From the NCBI RefSeq assembly GCF_055900595.2, contig NZ_CM148325.1: DNA of 64,000 bases. The stretch is one strand, 5' to 3'. Each line of letters starts with the position of its first letter. The first letter of the stretch is position 1. The translations under genes and the position numbers were made by a program. Positions 1-16,949 of this stretch are shown here, piece after piece. The notes beneath the pieces are model-generated. The model had not been told where the DNA came from. It did no database searches and was given only the letters and a program-made list of their open reading frames with translations.

Positions 1-925
1 AATTTTCGTTGATGAAGCAGTAAATGAGCTGCAAACCATTCAGGACATGTTGCGCTGGTCGGTGAGCCGCTTCAGCGCGGCAAATATCTGGTACGGCCAC
101 GGCACCGATAACCCGTGGGATGAAGCCGTACAACTGGTGCTGCCATCGCTCTACCTGCCGCTGGATATTCCGGAAGATATGCGCACCGCGCGTCTGACTT
201 CCAGCGAAAAACACCGTATTGTTGAACGCGTGATCCGCCGCGTCAACGAACGCATTCCGGTGGCCTACCTGACCAACAAAGCCTGGTTCTGCGGCCATGA
301 ATTTTACGTCGATGAACGTGTGCTGGTGCCGCGCTCGCCAATTGGTGAACTGATCAACAATAAATTTGCCGGACTCATCAGCAAGCAACCGCAGCACATT
401 TTAGATATGTGCACTGGAAGCGGCTGTATTGCGATTGCCTGTGCTTATGCCTTCCCGGAAGCGGAAGTCGACGCGGTAGACATCTCTCCTGACGCGCTGG
501 CGGTTGCTGAACAGAACATCGAAGAACATGGTCTGATCCACAACGTCATTCCGATTCGTTCCGATCTGTTCCGGGACTTGCCGAAAGTGCAGTACGACCT
601 GATCGTCACTAACCCGCCGTACGTTGATGCGGAAGATATGTCCGACCTGCCAAATGAATACCGTCACGAGCCGGAACTGGGTCTGGCATCTGGTACTGAC
701 GGCCTGAAACTGACGCGTCGTATTCTCGGTAATGCGGCAGATTACCTTGCTGATGATGGTGTGCTGATTTGTGAAGTCGGCAACAGCATGGTACATCTTA
801 TGGAACAATATCCAGATGTTCCGTTCACCTGGCTGGAGTTTGATAACGGCGGTGATGGTGTGTTTATGCTCACCAAAGAGCAGCTTATTGCTGCACGAGA
901 ACATTTCGCGATTTATAAAGATTAA
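1..925 (+). CDS. prmB: Ribosomal protein L3 glutamine N5-methyltransferase, 5'-truncated by the window edge (about 3 codons missing)
   Basis: Frame is open from the window edge to TAA at 923-925; translation [19 protein letters not shown]... carries SAM-methyltransferase motifs ([16 protein letters not shown]) and matches PrmB/YfcB. Confidence 0.9.
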   Translation, partial: IFVDEAVNELQTIQDMLRWSVSRFSAANIWYGHGTDNPWDEAVQLVLPSLYLPLDIPEDMRTARLTSSEKHRIVERVIRRVNERIPVAYLTNKAWFCGHEFYVDERVLVPRSPIGELINNKFAGLISKQPQHILDMCTGSGCIAIACAYAFPEAEVDAVDISPDALAVAEQNIEEHGLIHNVIPIRSDLFRDLPKVQYDLIVTNPPYVDAEDMSDLPNEYRHEPELGLASGTDGLKLTRRILGNAADYLADDGVLICEVGNSMVHLMEQYPDVPFTWLEFDNGGDGVFMLTKEQLIAAREHFAIYKD

Positions 926-959
926 GTAAACACGCAAACACAACAATAACGGAGCCGTG

Positions 960-2045
960 ATGGCTGGAAACACAATTGGACAACTCTTTCGCGTAACCAC
1001 CTTCGGCGAATCGCACGGGCTGGCGCTCGGCTGCATCGTCGATGGTGTTCCGCCAGGTATTCCGCTGACGGAAGCGGACCTGCAACACGATCTCGACCGT
1101 CGTCGCCCTGGGACATCGCGCTATACCACCCAGCGTCGTGAGCCGGATCAGGTCAAAATTCTCTCCGGTGTTTTTGAAGGCGTTACTACCGGCACCAGCA
1201 TTGGTTTGTTGATCGAAAACACTGACCAGCGTTCTCAGGATTACAGCGCAATTAAAGACGTTTTCCGTCCAGGCCATGCCGATTACACCTACGAACAAAA
1301 ATATGGCCTGCGCGATTATCGCGGCGGCGGTCGTTCTTCCGCTCGCGAAACCGCCATGCGCGTTGCAGCAGGGGCGATTGCCAAAAAATATCTCGCTGAG
1401 AAATTTGGTATTGAAATTCGCGGCTGCCTGACCCAAATGGGCGACATTCCGCTGGAAATCAAAGACTGGTCTCAGGTCGAGCAAAATCCATTCTTCTGCC
1501 CGGATCCGGACAAAATCGAAGCCTTAGATGAACTGATGCGCGCGCTGAAAAAAGAGGGCGACTCTATTGGCGCGAAAGTCACCGTGGTGGCCAGTGGCGT
1601 CCCTGCCGGACTTGGCGAGCCGGTCTTTGATCGCCTGGATGCCGACATCGCCCACGCGCTGATGAGCATCAACGCGGTGAAAGGCGTGGAAATTGGCGAC
1701 GGCTTTGACGTGGTGGCGCTGCGCGGCAGCCAGAACCGCGACGAAATCACCAAAGACGGTTTCCAGAGCAACCATGCGGGCGGCATTCTTGGTGGCATCA
1801 GCAGCGGGCAGCAAATTATCGCCCATATGGCGCTGAAACCAACCTCCAGCATTACTGTGCCTGGACGCACCATTAACCGCTTTGGCGAAGAAGTTGAGAT
1901 GATCACCAAAGGCCGTCACGATCCTTGTGTTGGGATCCGCGCGGTGCCGATCGCGGAAGCGATGCTGGCGATCGTTTTAATGGATCACCTGTTACGGCAA
2001 CGGGCGCAAAATGCTGATGTGAAGACTGATATTCCACGCTGGTAA
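960..2045 (+). CDS. aroC: Chorismate synthase
   Basis: ORF track 957-2045; known N-terminus [20 protein letters not shown] begins at the ATG at 960 (track used the upstream in-frame GTG). Confidence 0.95.
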   Translation: MAGNTIGQLFRVTTFGESHGLALGCIVDGVPPGIPLTEADLQHDLDRRRPGTSRYTTQRREPDQVKILSGVFEGVTTGTSIGLLIENTDQRSQDYSAIKDVFRPGHADYTYEQKYGLRDYRGGGRSSARETAMRVAAGAIAKKYLAEKFGIEIRGCLTQMGDIPLEIKDWSQVEQNPFFCPDPDKIEALDELMRALKKEGDSIGAKVTVVASGVPAGLGEPVFDRLDADIAHALMSINAVKGVEIGDGFDVVALRGSQNRDEITKDGFQSNHAGGILGGISSGQQIIAHMALKPTSSITVPGRTINRFGEEVEMITKGRHDPCVGIRAVPIAEAMLAIVLMDHLLRQRAQNADVKTDIPRW

Positions 2046-2047
2046 AA

Positions 2048-2872
2048 ATGAACAAAACTGCGATTGCGCTGCTGGCCCTGCTTGCCAGTAGCGCCAGCCT
2101 GGCAGCGACGCCGTGGCAAAAAATAACCCAACCTGTGCCGGGTAGCGCACAATCGATAGGCAGTTTTTCTAATGGCTGTATCGTCGGTGCTGATACGCTG
2201 CCGATACAGTCCGAACATTATCAGGTCATGCGTACCGATCAGCGTCGCTATTTCGGGCACCCGGACCTGGTGATGTTTATCCAGCGTCTGAGTCGCCAGG
2301 TGAGCAATCTGGGCATGGGTACAGTGCTGATTGGCGATATGGGGATGCCTGCTGGTGGTCGTTTCAACGGCGGTCACGCCAGCCACCAGACCGGACTGGA
2401 TGTGGACATCTTCCTGCAACTGCCGAAAAAACGCTGGACCTCCGCGCAACTCTTGCGCCCGCAAGCATTAGATTTGGTTTCCCGCGACGGTAAACACGTT
2501 GTCCCCACGCTGTGGAAGCCCGAAATTTTCAGCTTGATTAAACTCGCCGCGCAGGACAAAGACGTCACGCGCATTTTTGTTAATCCGGCGATTAAACAAC
2601 AACTTTGCCTTGATGCGGGCACCGATCGCGACTGGTTGCGCAAAGTGCGACCCTGGTTCCAGCATCGCGCCCATATGCATGTACGATTACGTTGTCCTGC
2701 CGATAGTCTGGAGTGTGAAGATCAACCTTTACCGCCACCGGGCGATGGTTGCGGGGCAGAACTGCAAAGCTGGTTTGAACCTCCAAAACCGGGAACAACA
2801 AAGCCTGAGAAGAAGACACCGCCTCCGTTGCCGCCTTCCTGCCAGGCGCTACTGGATGAGCACGTGATCTAA
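2048..2872 (+). CDS. mepA: Penicillin-insensitive murein DD-endopeptidase
   Basis: 274-aa ORF with signal peptide [19 protein letters not shown] and MepA-like body; starts 2 nt after the aroC stop. Confidence 0.92.
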   Translation: MNKTAIALLALLASSASLAATPWQKITQPVPGSAQSIGSFSNGCIVGADTLPIQSEHYQVMRTDQRRYFGHPDLVMFIQRLSRQVSNLGMGTVLIGDMGMPAGGRFNGGHASHQTGLDVDIFLQLPKKRWTSAQLLRPQALDLVSRDGKHVVPTLWKPEIFSLIKLAAQDKDVTRIFVNPAIKQQLCLDAGTDRDWLRKVRPWFQHRAHMHVRLRCPADSLECEDQPLPPPGDGCGAELQSWFEPPKPGTTKPEKKTPPPLPPSCQALLDEHVI

Positions 2873-3681
2873 TGGAAACGTTTAATAGCCTGTTTATGGT
2901 TTCCCCGCTGTTGCTGGGACTCCTCTTTTTTGTCGCCATACTGGCGGGATTTATCGACTCTATTGCCGGGGGCGGTGGGCTACTCACCATTCCGGCATTA
3001 ATGGCGGCGGGGATGTCTCCGGCTAACGCGCTGGCAACCAATAAACTGCAAGCCTGCGGTGGCTCTATTTCTGCCACTATCTACTTTATTCGCCGCAAAG
3101 TGGTTAGCTTAAGCGATCAGAAACTCAATATCGCCATGACCTTTATTGGCTCAATGAGCGGCGCTTTGCTGGTGCAGTACGTTCAGGCTGATGTCTTGCG
3201 GCAGATTTTGCCCATTCTGGTGATTTGTATTGGTCTTTATTTCTTACTGATGCCCAAACTGGGAGAAGAAGATCGCCAGCGTCGGATGTATGGACTGCCA
3301 TTTGCGCTGGTAGCAGGGGGCTGCGTTGGTTTTTACGATGGATTCTTTGGCCCGGCTGCCGGATCGTTTTACGCGTTAGCCTTCGTTACGCTGTGCGGCT
3401 TTAACCTCGCCAAAGCCACGGCCCACGCCAAATTACTCAACGCAACGTCTAATATCGGCGGTTTGCTGCTGTTTATTCTCGGCGGCAAAGTGATTTGGGC
3501 GACAGGATTTGTGATGCTGGTGGGGCAGTTCCTCGGCGCGCGCATGGGGTCAAGACTGGTGTTGAGCAAAGGGCAAAAGCTGATTCGCCCGATGATTGTT
3601 ATCGTCTCGGCGGTGATGAGTGCCAAATTACTTTATGATAGCCACGGACAGGAGATCCTCCACTGGTTGGGGATGAACTAA
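2872..3681 (+). CDS. yfcA: TauE/SafE-family inner-membrane protein (probable anion exporter)
   Basis: 269-aa hydrophobic ORF with glycine-rich membrane repeats; start overlaps mepA stop (ATGA). Confidence 0.85.
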   Translation: METFNSLFMVSPLLLGLLFFVAILAGFIDSIAGGGGLLTIPALMAAGMSPANALATNKLQACGGSISATIYFIRRKVVSLSDQKLNIAMTFIGSMSGALLVQYVQADVLRQILPILVICIGLYFLLMPKLGEEDRQRRMYGLPFALVAGGCVGFYDGFFGPAAGSFYALAFVTLCGFNLAKATAHAKLLNATSNIGGLLLFILGGKVIWATGFVMLVGQFLGARMGSRLVLSKGQKLIRPMIVIVSAVMSAKLLYDSHGQEILHWLGMN

Positions 3682-4229
3682 TGAATAGTACACACCACTA
3701 TGAGCAGTTGATTGAAATTTTTAATAGCTGCTTTGCCGATGAATTTAATACCCGTCTGATTAAAGGCGACGACGAACCGATCTATCTTCCTGCTGATGCG
3801 GAAGTACCGTATAACCGAATCGTCTTTGCTCACGGCTTTTATGCCAGCGCAATTCATGAGATTTCGCACTGGTGTATTGCCGGGAAAGCGCGCCGTGAGC
3901 TGGTTGATTTCGGCTACTGGTATTGTCCCGATGGACGCGATGCCCAAACGCAAGGCCAGTTTGAAGATGTTGAAGTGAAGCCGCAGGCGCTGGACTGGTT
4001 GTTCTGTGTGGCGGCGGGATATCCGTTTAATGTCAGTTGCGACAATCTGGAAGGGGATTTCGAACCGGACCGCGTGGTATTTCAACGGCGGGTACATGCA
4101 CAGGTGATGGATTATCTGGCAAACGGTATTCCCGAGCGTCCGGCACGCTTCATTAAAGCACTACAAAATTATTATCACACGCCGAAACTTACGGCGGAAC
4201 AGTTCCCGTGGCCGGAAGCGCTCAACTGA
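3681..4229 (+). CDS. epmC: Elongation factor P hydroxylase
   Basis: 182-aa ORF MNSTHHYEQLIEIFNSCFADEF... matching EpmC/YfcM; start overlaps yfcA stop. Confidence 0.88.
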   Translation: MNSTHHYEQLIEIFNSCFADEFNTRLIKGDDEPIYLPADAEVPYNRIVFAHGFYASAIHEISHWCIAGKARRELVDFGYWYCPDGRDAQTQGQFEDVEVKPQALDWLFCVAAGYPFNVSCDNLEGDFEPDRVVFQRRVHAQVMDYLANGIPERPARFIKALQNYYHTPKLTAEQFPWPEALN

Positions 4230-4262
4230 AGCCTGCGCCACGTTTTACAATGAGGAAAGAAG

Positions 4263-4541
4263 ATGATCGCGGAGTTTGAATCACGCATTCTGGCATTAAT
4301 CGACGGTATGGTTGACCATGCCAGTGATGATGAGTTGTTTGCCAGTGGGTATTTGCGTGGCCACCTGACATTAGCCATCGCAGAACTGGAAAGTGGTGAT
4401 GACCACTCCGCCCAGGCGGTACATACGACCGTTAGCCAGAGTCTGGAAAAAGCCATTGGTGCCGGTGAATTGTCGCCGCGAGACCAGGCGCTGGTGACCG
4501 ATATGTGGGAAAATCTGTTTCAACAGGCGTCACAGCAGTAA
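4263..4541 (+). CDS. yfcL: Uncharacterised small protein YfcL
   Basis: 92-aa ORF in the conserved position after epmC, preceded by AGGAAAGAAG 5 nt upstream of the ATG. Confidence 0.8.
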
Positions 4542-4561
4542 GTTGTTGGCGTCTGGAGCGT

Positions 4562-4836
<275 letters not shown>

Positions 4837-4850
4837 GCTGCCAAAGCAGA

Positions 4851-6923
<2,073 letters not shown>

Positions 6924-6931
6924 CTATTAAT

Positions 6932-6975
6932 TGGCTGATCGGACTTGTTCGGCGTACAAGTGTACGCTATTGTGC
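6932..6975 (+). promoter_or_regulatory. fabB promoter/operator region (FadR activator site followed by the FabR palindrome)
   Basis: CTGATCGGACTTGTTCGGCG followed by the GCGTAC...GTACGC palindrome, 40-80 nt upstream of the fabB ATG; assignment is from recalled literature on fabA/fabB control. Confidence 0.55.
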
Positions 6976-7015
6976 ATTCGAAACTTACTCTATGTGCGAC
7001 TTACAGAGGTATTGA

Positions 7016-8236
7016 ATGAAACGTGCAGTGATTACTGGCCTGGGCATTGTTTCCAGCATCGGTAATAACCAGCAGGAAGTCCTGGCATCTCTGCGTGAAG
7101 GACGTTCAGGGATCACTTTCTCTCAGGAGCTGAAGGATTCCGGCATGCGTAGCCACGTCTGGGGCAACGTAAAACTGGATACCACTGGCCTCATTGACCG
7201 CAAAGTTGTGCGCTTTATGAGCGACGCATCCATTTATGCATTCCTTTCTATGGAGCAGGCAATTGCAGATGCTGGCCTCTCCCCGGAAGCTTATCAGAAT
7301 AACCCGCGCGTTGGCCTGATTGCAGGTTCTGGCGGCGGTTCCCCGCGTTTCCAGGTGTTCGGCGCTGACGCTATGCGTAGCCCGCGCGGCCTGAAAGCGG
7401 TTGGCCCGTATGTGGTCACCAAAGCGATGGCATCTGGCGTTTCTGCCTGCCTCGCCACGCCGTTTAAAATTCACGGCGTTAACTACTCCATCAGCTCCGC
7501 GTGTGCGACTTCCGCACACTGTATCGGTAACGCAGTAGAGCAGATCCAACTGGGCAAACAGGACATTGTGTTTGCTGGCGGCGGCGAAGAGCTGTGCTGG
7601 GAAATGGCTTGCGAATTCGACGCGATGGGCGCGCTGTCTACTAAATACAACGACACCCCAGAAAAAGCCTCCCGTACTTACGACGCTCACCGCGACGGTT
7701 TCGTTATCGCTGGCGGCGGCGGTATGGTGGTGGTTGAAGAGCTGGAACACGCGCTGGCGCGTGGGGCTCACATCTATGCTGAAATCGTTGGTTACGGCGC
7801 AACGTCTGATGGTGCAGACATGGTTGCTCCGTCTGGCGAAGGCGCAGTTCGCTGCATGCAGATGGCGATGCACGGTGTTGATACGCCAATCGACTACCTG
7901 AACTCTCACGGTACTTCAACTCCGGTTGGCGACGTGAAAGAGCTGGCGGCTATCCGTGAAGTATTCGGTGATAAGAGCCCGGCGATTTCTGCAACCAAAG
8001 CAATGACCGGTCACTCTCTGGGCGCTGCGGGTGTGCAGGAAGCTATCTACTCTCTGCTGATGCTGGAACACGGCTTTATCGCACCGAGCATCAACATTGA
8101 AGAGCTGGACGAGCAGGCTGCGGGTCTGAACATTGTGACCGAAACGACCGATCGCGAACTGACTACCGTTATGTCTAACAGCTTCGGCTTCGGTGGCACC
8201 AACGCCACGCTGGTAATGCGTAAGCTGAAAGATTAA
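7016..8236 (+). CDS. fabB: 3-oxoacyl-ACP synthase I (KAS I)
   Basis: 406-aa [25 protein letters not shown]... with active-site context SSACATS and C-terminal [14 protein letters not shown]. Confidence 0.96.
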   Translation: MKRAVITGLGIVSSIGNNQQEVLASLREGRSGITFSQELKDSGMRSHVWGNVKLDTTGLIDRKVVRFMSDASIYAFLSMEQAIADAGLSPEAYQNNPRVGLIAGSGGGSPRFQVFGADAMRSPRGLKAVGPYVVTKAMASGVSACLATPFKIHGVNYSISSACATSAHCIGNAVEQIQLGKQDIVFAGGGEELCWEMACEFDAMGALSTKYNDTPEKASRTYDAHRDGFVIAGGGGMVVVEELEHALARGAHIYAEIVGYGATSDGADMVAPSGEGAVRCMQMAMHGVDTPIDYLNSHGTSTPVGDVKELAAIREVFGDKSPAISATKAMTGHSLGAAGVQEAIYSLLMLEHGFIAPSINIEELDEQAAGLNIVTETTDRELTTVMSNSFGFGGTNATLVMRKLKD

Positions 8237-8242
8237 TTCGGA

Positions 8243-8300
8243 GTAGGTCGGATAAGACGCGTCAGCGTCGCATCCGACGATACGCGCCAGTGCCGCCTCC
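8243..8300. repeat. REP palindromic element
   Basis: GTAGGTCGGATAAGACGCGTCAGCGTCGCATCCGAC followed by a GTGCCG/CGGCAC hairpin. Confidence 0.8.
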
Positions 8301-8310
8301 GGCACTAAAG

Positions 8311-8340
8311 AAAAAGGGAACCCGATGGTTCCCTTTTTCA
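8311..8340 (+). terminator. Intrinsic terminator downstream of fabB (bidirectional appearance)
   Basis: AAAAAGGGAACC-CGAT-GGTTCCCTTTTTCA: GC-rich stem with a 3' T-run and a 5' A-run. Confidence 0.75.
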
Positions 8341-8499
8341 CATCATTGACAATCGCCGCCTGTTCCAGGCAAACTTCCCGCTTTGTCGATTTCCTTCTGA
8401 AAAGACGTACGCGTTAAATCCTGCCAACGCGTACCGTAACCCTGAAACCAGAGAGATGAGACGGGGAAATTCCTCGCCTTGCGCTGCATTCTGGAGTAA

Positions 8500-10673
<2,174 letters not shown>

Positions 10674-10771
10674 TACGTATCCTTATACCTGAAATCATCG
10701 CAAGTATGCCTGGCCGCGAGATTATGGCACACTTGTCCGGTTAACTCTCGTCTCATACAGGTAACACAAAC

Positions 10772-11908
10772 GTGAAAATCCTTGTTGATGAAAATATGCC
10801 TTATGCCCGCGACTTATTTAGCCGTTTGGGTGAGGTGACTGCGGTTCCGGGGCGTCCAATCCCAGTAGCTCAACTGGCAGACGCGGATGCGCTGATGGTG
10901 CGTTCGGTCACGAAAGTGAATGAATCTTTGCTGGCAGGAAAACCCATTAAATTTGTTGGCACAGCCACAGCGGGAACCGACCATGTCGATGAAGCATGGT
11001 TAAAGCAGGCGGGAATTGGTTTTTCCGCAGCACCTGGCTGTAATGCGATTGCGGTGGTGGAATATGTTTTCTCCTCACTGCTGATGCTTGCTGAACGCGA
11101 TGGATTTTCACTGCATGAGCGTACCGTGGGGATCGTGGGCGTTGGTAACGTTGGTCGGCGTTTACAGGCGCGACTGGAAGCGCTGGGGATCAAAACCTTG
11201 CTTTGCGATCCGCCGCGTGCCGATCGTGGGGATGAGGGCGATTTCCGTTCGCTGGATGAATTAGTCCAGCATGCGGATATCCTGACATTCCATACGCCAC
11301 TCTTTAAAGACGGACCGTACAAAACGCTGCATCTGGCGGACGAAAAACTGATTCGTAACCTGAAGCCGGGAGCGATCTTGATTAACGCCTGCCGTGGCGC
11401 AGTCGTCGATAATACTGCCCTGTTGACCTGTCTGAATGAAGGTCAGAAGTTAAGCGTAGTGCTGGATGTCTGGGAAGGCGAACCGGAACTCAACGTAGAA
11501 TTGCTGAAAAAAGTGGATATCGGCACGCCGCATATTGCGGGCTACACCCTCGAAGGTAAAGCCCGTGGCACGACGCAAGTGTTTGAAGCGTATAGCAAGT
11601 TTATTGGGCGTGAGCAACACGTTGCGCTTGATACGTTGCTACCCGCGCCAGAGTTTGGCCGTATTACACTGCATGGTCCGCTCGATCAACCGACGCTGAA
11701 AAGGCTGGTGCATTTGGTGTATGATGTGCGCCGCGATGACGCACCGCTGCGTAAAGTCGCCGGGATACCGGGTGAGTTCGATAAACTGCGCAAAAACTAT
11801 CTTGAGCGCCGTGAATGGTCATCTCTGTATGTGATTTGTGATGACGCCAGTGCGGCATCATTGCTGTGTAAACTGGGTTTTAACGCCGTTCATCATCCGG
11901 CACGTTAA
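10772..11908 (+). CDS. pdxB: Erythronate-4-phosphate dehydrogenase
   Basis: 378-aa ORF, GTG start, [22 protein letters not shown]..., Rossmann motif GIVGVGNVG. Confidence 0.93.
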   Translation: MKILVDENMPYARDLFSRLGEVTAVPGRPIPVAQLADADALMVRSVTKVNESLLAGKPIKFVGTATAGTDHVDEAWLKQAGIGFSAAPGCNAIAVVEYVFSSLLMLAERDGFSLHERTVGIVGVGNVGRRLQARLEALGIKTLLCDPPRADRGDEGDFRSLDELVQHADILTFHTPLFKDGPYKTLHLADEKLIRNLKPGAILINACRGAVVDNTALLTCLNEGQKLSVVLDVWEGEPELNVELLKKVDIGTPHIAGYTLEGKARGTTQVFEAYSKFIGREQHVALDTLLPAPEFGRITLHGPLDQPTLKRLVHLVYDVRRDDAPLRKVAGIPGEFDKLRKNYLERREWSSLYVICDDASAASLLCKLGFNAVHHPAR

Positions 11909-11973
11909 TCTCTTCTTCATGCTCTCTGCTGTAACATTGGCAGAGAGCTTTGCTATTTCTGGAGTAAACCACC

Positions 11974-12987
11974 ATGTCTGAAGGCTGGAACATTGCCGTC
12001 CTGGGCGCAACTGGCGCTGTGGGCGAAGCCCTGCTTGAAACGCTGGCTGAACGTCAGTTCCCGGTTGGGGAAATTTATGCACTGGCACGTAACGAAAGCG
12101 CAGGCGAACAACTGCGCTTTGGTGGTAAGACAATCACCGTGCAGGATGCCGCTGAATTCGACTGGACGCAGGCGCAACTGGCGTTTTTTGTCGCAGGCAA
12201 AGAAGCTACCGCTGCCTGGGTTGAAGAAGCGACCAACTCAGGTTGCCTGGTGATCGACAGCAGCGGATTGTTTGCTCTCGAACCTGACGTACCGCTGGTG
12301 GTGCCGGAAGTTAACCCGTTTGTACTGACCGATTACCGCAACCGAAATGTCATCGCCGTACCGGACAGCCTGACCAGCCAGCTGTTGGCAGCACTGAAAC
12401 CGTTAATCGATCAGGGCGGTTTGTCACGTATCAGCGTCACCAGCCTGATTTCTGCCTCCGCCCAGGGTAAAAAAGCGGTCGATGCGTTAGCAGGGCAGAG
12501 CGCGAAACTGCTGAACGGTATTCCGATTGACGAAGAAGATTTCTTCGGTCGTCAGCTGGCGTTCAATATGCTGCCGTTACTGCCGGATAGCGAAGGTAGC
12601 GTGCGTGAAGAACGTCGTATCGTTGACGAAGTACGCAAAATTCTGCAAGACGAAGGGCTGATGATTTCGGCAAGTGTTGTTCAGGCACCGGTATTTTACG
12701 GTCATGCTCAGATGGTCAACTTTGAAGCTCTGCGTCCGCTGGCGGCAGAAGAAGCGCGTGATGCGTTTGCCCAGGGCGAAGATATTGTGCTCTCTGAAGA
12801 GAACGAATTCCCGACGCAGGTGGGGGATGCTTCTGGTACGCCGCATCTTTCCGTTGGCTGCGTACGCAATGACTACGGTATGCCGGAGCAAGTCCAGTTC
12901 TGGTCAGTGGCCGATAATGTTCGCTTTGGCGGCGCGCTGATGGCAGTAAAAATCGCCGAGAAACTGGTGCAGGAGTATCTGTACTAA
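11974..12987 (+). CDS. usg: USG-1 protein (aspartate-semialdehyde dehydrogenase paralogue)
   Basis: 337-aa ORF with N-terminal NAD motif VLGATGAVG. Confidence 0.9.
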   Translation: MSEGWNIAVLGATGAVGEALLETLAERQFPVGEIYALARNESAGEQLRFGGKTITVQDAAEFDWTQAQLAFFVAGKEATAAWVEEATNSGCLVIDSSGLFALEPDVPLVVPEVNPFVLTDYRNRNVIAVPDSLTSQLLAALKPLIDQGGLSRISVTSLISASAQGKKAVDALAGQSAKLLNGIPIDEEDFFGRQLAFNMLPLLPDSEGSVREERRIVDEVRKILQDEGLMISASVVQAPVFYGHAQMVNFEALRPLAAEEARDAFAQGEDIVLSEENEFPTQVGDASGTPHLSVGCVRNDYGMPEQVQFWSVADNVRFGGALMAVKIAEKLVQEYLY

Positions 12988-13799
12988 TGTCCGACCAGCA
13001 ACAACCGCCAGTTTACAAAATTGCGCTGGGCATTGAGTACGACGGCAGTAAGTATTACGGCTGGCAACGGCAGAACGAAGTACGCAGTGTGCAGGAGAAA
13101 CTGGAAAAGGCACTCTCTCAGGTGGCGAACGAACCGATCACCGTCTTTTGTGCCGGGCGTACCGACGCAGGCGTACACGGTACAGGGCAGGTTGTGCATT
13201 TCGAAACTACCGCGCAGCGTAAAGACGCTGCGTGGACGTTGGGCGTAAATGCGAATTTACCTGGTGACATCGCCGTGCGTTGGGTTAAAGCTGTACCTGA
13301 TGATTTTCATGCCCGATTTAGCGCCACGGCTCGCCGTTATCGCTACATCATCTACAATCATCGGCTGCGTCCGGCAGTGCTGAGTAAAGGGGTAACCCAT
13401 TTTTACGAACCGCTGGACGCTGAACGGATGCATCGGGCCGCGCAATGCCTGCTGGGCGAGAATGATTTCACCTCGTTCCGTGCGGTGCAGTGCCAGTCCC
13501 GAACCCCGTGGCGCAATGTTATGCATATTAACGTCACGCGTCACGGTCCTTATGTGGTGGTAGATATCAAAGCAAATGCCTTTGTACATCATATGGTGAG
13601 GAATATTGTCGGCAGCCTGATGGAAGTCGGTGCCAACAACCAGCCGGAGAGCTGGATAGCAGAACTGCTGGCAGCAAAGGACAGAACGCTGGCGGCAGCA
13701 ACGGCAAAAGCGGAAGGGCTGTATCTGGTTGCGGTGGATTACCCTGACCGGTTTGATCTTCCAAAACCGCCAATGGGCCCGCTATTTCTGGCGGACTAA
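12987..13799 (+). CDS. truA: tRNA pseudouridine(38-40) synthase
   Basis: 270-aa ORF with catalytic motif GRTDAGVHG; start overlaps usg stop (TAATG). Confidence 0.93.
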   Translation: MSDQQQPPVYKIALGIEYDGSKYYGWQRQNEVRSVQEKLEKALSQVANEPITVFCAGRTDAGVHGTGQVVHFETTAQRKDAAWTLGVNANLPGDIAVRWVKAVPDDFHARFSATARRYRYIIYNHRLRPAVLSKGVTHFYEPLDAERMHRAAQCLLGENDFTSFRAVQCQSRTPWRNVMHINVTRHGPYVVVDIKANAFVHHMVRNIVGSLMEVGANNQPESWIAELLAAKDRTLAAATAKAEGLYLVAVDYPDRFDLPKPPMGPLFLAD

Positions 13800-13881
13800 C
13801 GAGAATAAAGCTCGGAAAATTTCAGGCTGTAGCCAACGTAGTTACGGCCTGAGAGATAACGAGTACAAGGCATAGGCAAAT

Positions 13882-14541
13882 ATGGACCTGATTTATTTCC
13901 TCATCGATTTTATCCTGCACATTGACGTGCATCTGGCAGAACTGGTCGCAGAGTACGGCGTCTGGGTTTATGCCATCCTGTTTTTGATTTTGTTCTGTGA
14001 AACCGGTCTGGTGGTAACGCCGTTCTTACCGGGAGATTCGCTGCTGTTTGTTGCAGGGGCACTGGCCTCGCTTGAAACCAACGATCTCAATGTTCATATG
14101 ATGGTGGTACTGATGTTAATTGCCGCGATTGTTGGTGATGCGGTCAACTACACCATAGGACGGTTGTTCGGTGAGAAATTATTCAGTAATCCGAACTCGA
14201 AAATTTTTCGTCGTAGCTATCTCGACAAAACTCATCAGTTTTATGAAAAACACGGCGGCAAAACCATTATTCTCGCCCGTTTTGTGCCAATCGTCAGAAC
14301 GTTTGCCCCCTTTGTCGCAGGGATGGGCCACATGTCGTACCGTCATTTCGCTGCCTATAACGTGATCGGCGCACTGTTGTGGGTACTGCTTTTTACCTAC
14401 GCAGGCTATTTCTTCGGTACAATTCCGATGGTTCAGGATAACCTTAAGCTGCTGATCGTCGGGATTATTGTGGTTTCCATTTTGCCGGGCGTTATCGAAA
14501 TTATCCGTCACAAACGCGCTGCGGCACGCGCCGCAAAATAA
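13882..14541 (+). CDS. dedA: DedA-family inner-membrane protein
   Basis: 219-aa hydrophobic ORF in the conserved position after truA. Confidence 0.9.
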   Translation: MDLIYFLIDFILHIDVHLAELVAEYGVWVYAILFLILFCETGLVVTPFLPGDSLLFVAGALASLETNDLNVHMMVVLMLIAAIVGDAVNYTIGRLFGEKLFSNPNSKIFRRSYLDKTHQFYEKHGGKTIILARFVPIVRTFAPFVAGMGHMSYRHFAAYNVIGALLWVLLFTYAGYFFGTIPMVQDNLKLLIVGIIVVSILPGVIEIIRHKRAAARAAK

Positions 14542-14696
14542 AAAGTAACTCCGCGGTTCGACCACTTTTTTATCCAAAGTTTCGGGCTGTTATGTTTTAA
14601 TGTGCAACATTCATGGTCTGTTGGGGGCAAAAATGGCATTATGCGTCCCCAAAGATAAAACTGGCATCGAACCAGGTTCAGACAGAAAGGTCCCTA

Positions 14697-15611
14697 ATGA
14701 GCTGGATTGAACGAATTAAAAGCAACATTACTCCCACCCGCAAGGCGAGCATTCCTGAAGGTGTGTGGACTAAGTGTGATAGCTGCGGTCAGGTATTATA
14801 CCGCGCTGAGCTGGAACGTAATCTTGAGGTCTGTCCGAAGTGTGACCATCACATGCGTATGACAGCGCGTAATCGCCTGCATAGCCTGTTAGATGAAGGA
14901 AGCCTTGTGGAGCTGGGTAGCGAGCTTGAGCCGAAAGATGTGCTGAAGTTTCGTGACTCCAAGAAGTATAAAGACCGTCTGGCATCTGCGCAGAAAGAAA
15001 CCGGCGAAAAAGATGCGCTGGTGGTGATGAAAGGCACCCTGTATGGAATGCCGGTTGTCGCTGCGGCATTCGAGTTCGCCTTTATGGGCGGTTCCATGGG
15101 GTCTGTGGTAGGTGCACGTTTCGTACGTGCCGTTGAGCAGGCGCTGGAAGATAACTGCCCGCTGATCTGCTTCTCCGCCTCTGGTGGCGCACGTATGCAG
15201 GAAGCACTGATGTCGCTGATGCAGATGGCGAAAACCTCTGCGGCACTGGCAAAAATGCAGGAGCGCGGCTTGCCGTACATCTCCGTGCTGACCGACCCGA
15301 CCATGGGCGGTGTTTCTGCAAGTTTCGCCATGCTGGGCGATCTCAATATTGCTGAACCGAAAGCGTTAATCGGCTTTGCCGGTCCGCGTGTTATCGAACA
15401 GACCGTTCGCGAAAAACTGCCGCCAGGATTCCAGCGCAGTGAATTCCTGATCGAGAAAGGTGCGATTGACATGATCGTCCGTCGTCCGGAAATGCGCCTG
15501 AAACTGGCGAGTATTCTGGCGAAGTTGATGAATTTGCCAGCGCCGAATCCTGAAGCGCCGCGTGAAGGCGTAGTGGTGCCACCGGTACCGGATCAGGAAC
15601 CTGAGGCCTGA
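14697..15611 (+). CDS. accD: Acetyl-CoA carboxylase carboxyltransferase beta subunit
   Basis: ORF track 14613-15611; known N-terminus MSWIERIK starts 28 codons in; zinc-finger CDSCGQ...CPKCDHH present. Confidence 0.93.
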
Positions 15612-15680
15612 TAACTGATAAGGGCAGGGCCACTGGCTCTGCCCTTTTGCTATTCTCACCGTAACGAATCAGCGGATACC

Positions 15681-16949
15681 ATGATTATCAAACGCACTCC
15701 TCAAGCCGCGTCGCCTCTGGCTTCGTGGCTTTCTTATCTGGAAAACCTGCACAGTAAAACTATCGATCTTGGCCTTGAGCGCGTAAGCCAGGTCGCGGCA
15801 CGTCTTGGCGTTCTGAAACCAGCGCCATTTGTGTTTACCGTTGCGGGTACGAATGGCAAAGGCACCACCTGCCGTACGCTGGAGTCGATTCTGATGGCGG
15901 CAGGGTACAGAGTGGGCGTCTACAGTTCGCCGCATCTGGTGCGTTATACCGAGCGCGTACGTGTGCAGGGCCAGGAATTGCCGGAATCGGCCCACACAGC
16001 CTCTTTTGCGGAGATTGAATCGGCACGCGGTGATATTTCCCTGACCTATTTCGAGTACGGTACGCTGTCGGCGTTGTGGCTGTTCAAACAGGCACAACTT
16101 GACGTGGTGATTCTGGAAGTAGGGCTGGGCGGACGTCTGGATGCAACCAATATTGTCGATGCTGATGTTGCGGTGGTGACCAGCATTGCGCTGGATCATA
16201 CCGACTGGTTGGGGCCAGATCGCGAAAGCATTGGTCGTGAGAAAGCAGGGATTTTCCGCAATGAAAAACCGGCAATTGTCGGAGAGCCGGAAATGCCTTC
16301 TACCATTGCTGATGTGGCGCAGGAAAAAGGTGCACTGTTACAACGTCGGGGCGTTGAGTGGAACTATTCCGTCAGCGATCATGACTGGACGTTTAGCGAT
16401 GCTCACGGCACGCTGGAAAATCTGCCGTTGCCGCTTGTCCCGCAACCGAATGCCGCAACGGCGCTGGCGGCACTGCGTGCCAGCGGGCTGGAGGTCAGTG
16501 AAAATGCCATTCGCGACGGGATTGCCAGCGCAATTTTGCCGGGACGTTTCCAGATTGTGAGCGAGTCGCCACGCGTTATTTTTGATGTCGCGCATAATCC
16601 ACATGCGGCGGAATATCTCACCGGGCGTATGAAAGCGCTACCGAAAAACGGGCGCGTGCTGGCGGTTATCGGTATGCTACATGATAAAGATATTGCCGGA
16701 ACTCTGGCCTGGTTGAAAAGCGTGGTTGATGACTGGTATTGTGCGCCACTGGAAGGGCCGCGCGGTGCCACGGCAGAACAACTGCTTGAGCATTTGGGTA
16801 ACGGCAAATCATTTGATAGCGTGGCGCAGGCATGGGATGCCGCAATGGCGGACGCTAAAGCGGAAGATACCGTGCTGGTGTGTGGTTCGTTCCACACGGT
16901 CGCACATGTCATGGAAGTGATTGACGCGAGGAGAAGCGGTGGCAAGTAA
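15681..16949 (+). CDS. folC: Dihydrofolate synthase / folylpolyglutamate synthase
   Basis: 422-aa ORF with P-loop TVAGTNGKGTT. Confidence 0.93.
   Translation: MIIKRTPQAASPLASWLSYLENLHSKTIDLGLERVSQVAARLGVLKPAPFVFTVAGTNGKGTTCRTLESILMAAGYRVGVYSSPHLVRYTERVRVQGQELPESAHTASFAEIESARGDISLTYFEYGTLSALWLFKQAQLDVVILEVGLGGRLDATNIVDADVAVVTSIALDHTDWLGPDRESIGREKAGIFRNEKPAIVGEPEMPSTIADVAQEKGALLQRRGVEWNYSVSDHDWTFSDAHGTLENLPLPLVPQPNAATALAALRASGLEVSENAIRDGIASAILPGRFQIVSESPRVIFDVAHNPHAAEYLTGRMKALPKNGRVLAVIGMLHDKDIAGTLAWLKSVVDDWYCAPLEGPRGATAEQLLEHLGNGKSFDSVAQAWDAAMADAKAEDTVLVCGSFHTVAHVMEVIDARRSGGK

Noticed and set aside
957-959. GTG at 957 as the aroC start (ORF track start, giving MMAGNT...).
   Set aside because: The ATG at 960 gives the canonical AroC N-terminus MAGNTIGQ and has better spacing from the GGAG SD; the GTG is an in-frame upstream codon only.
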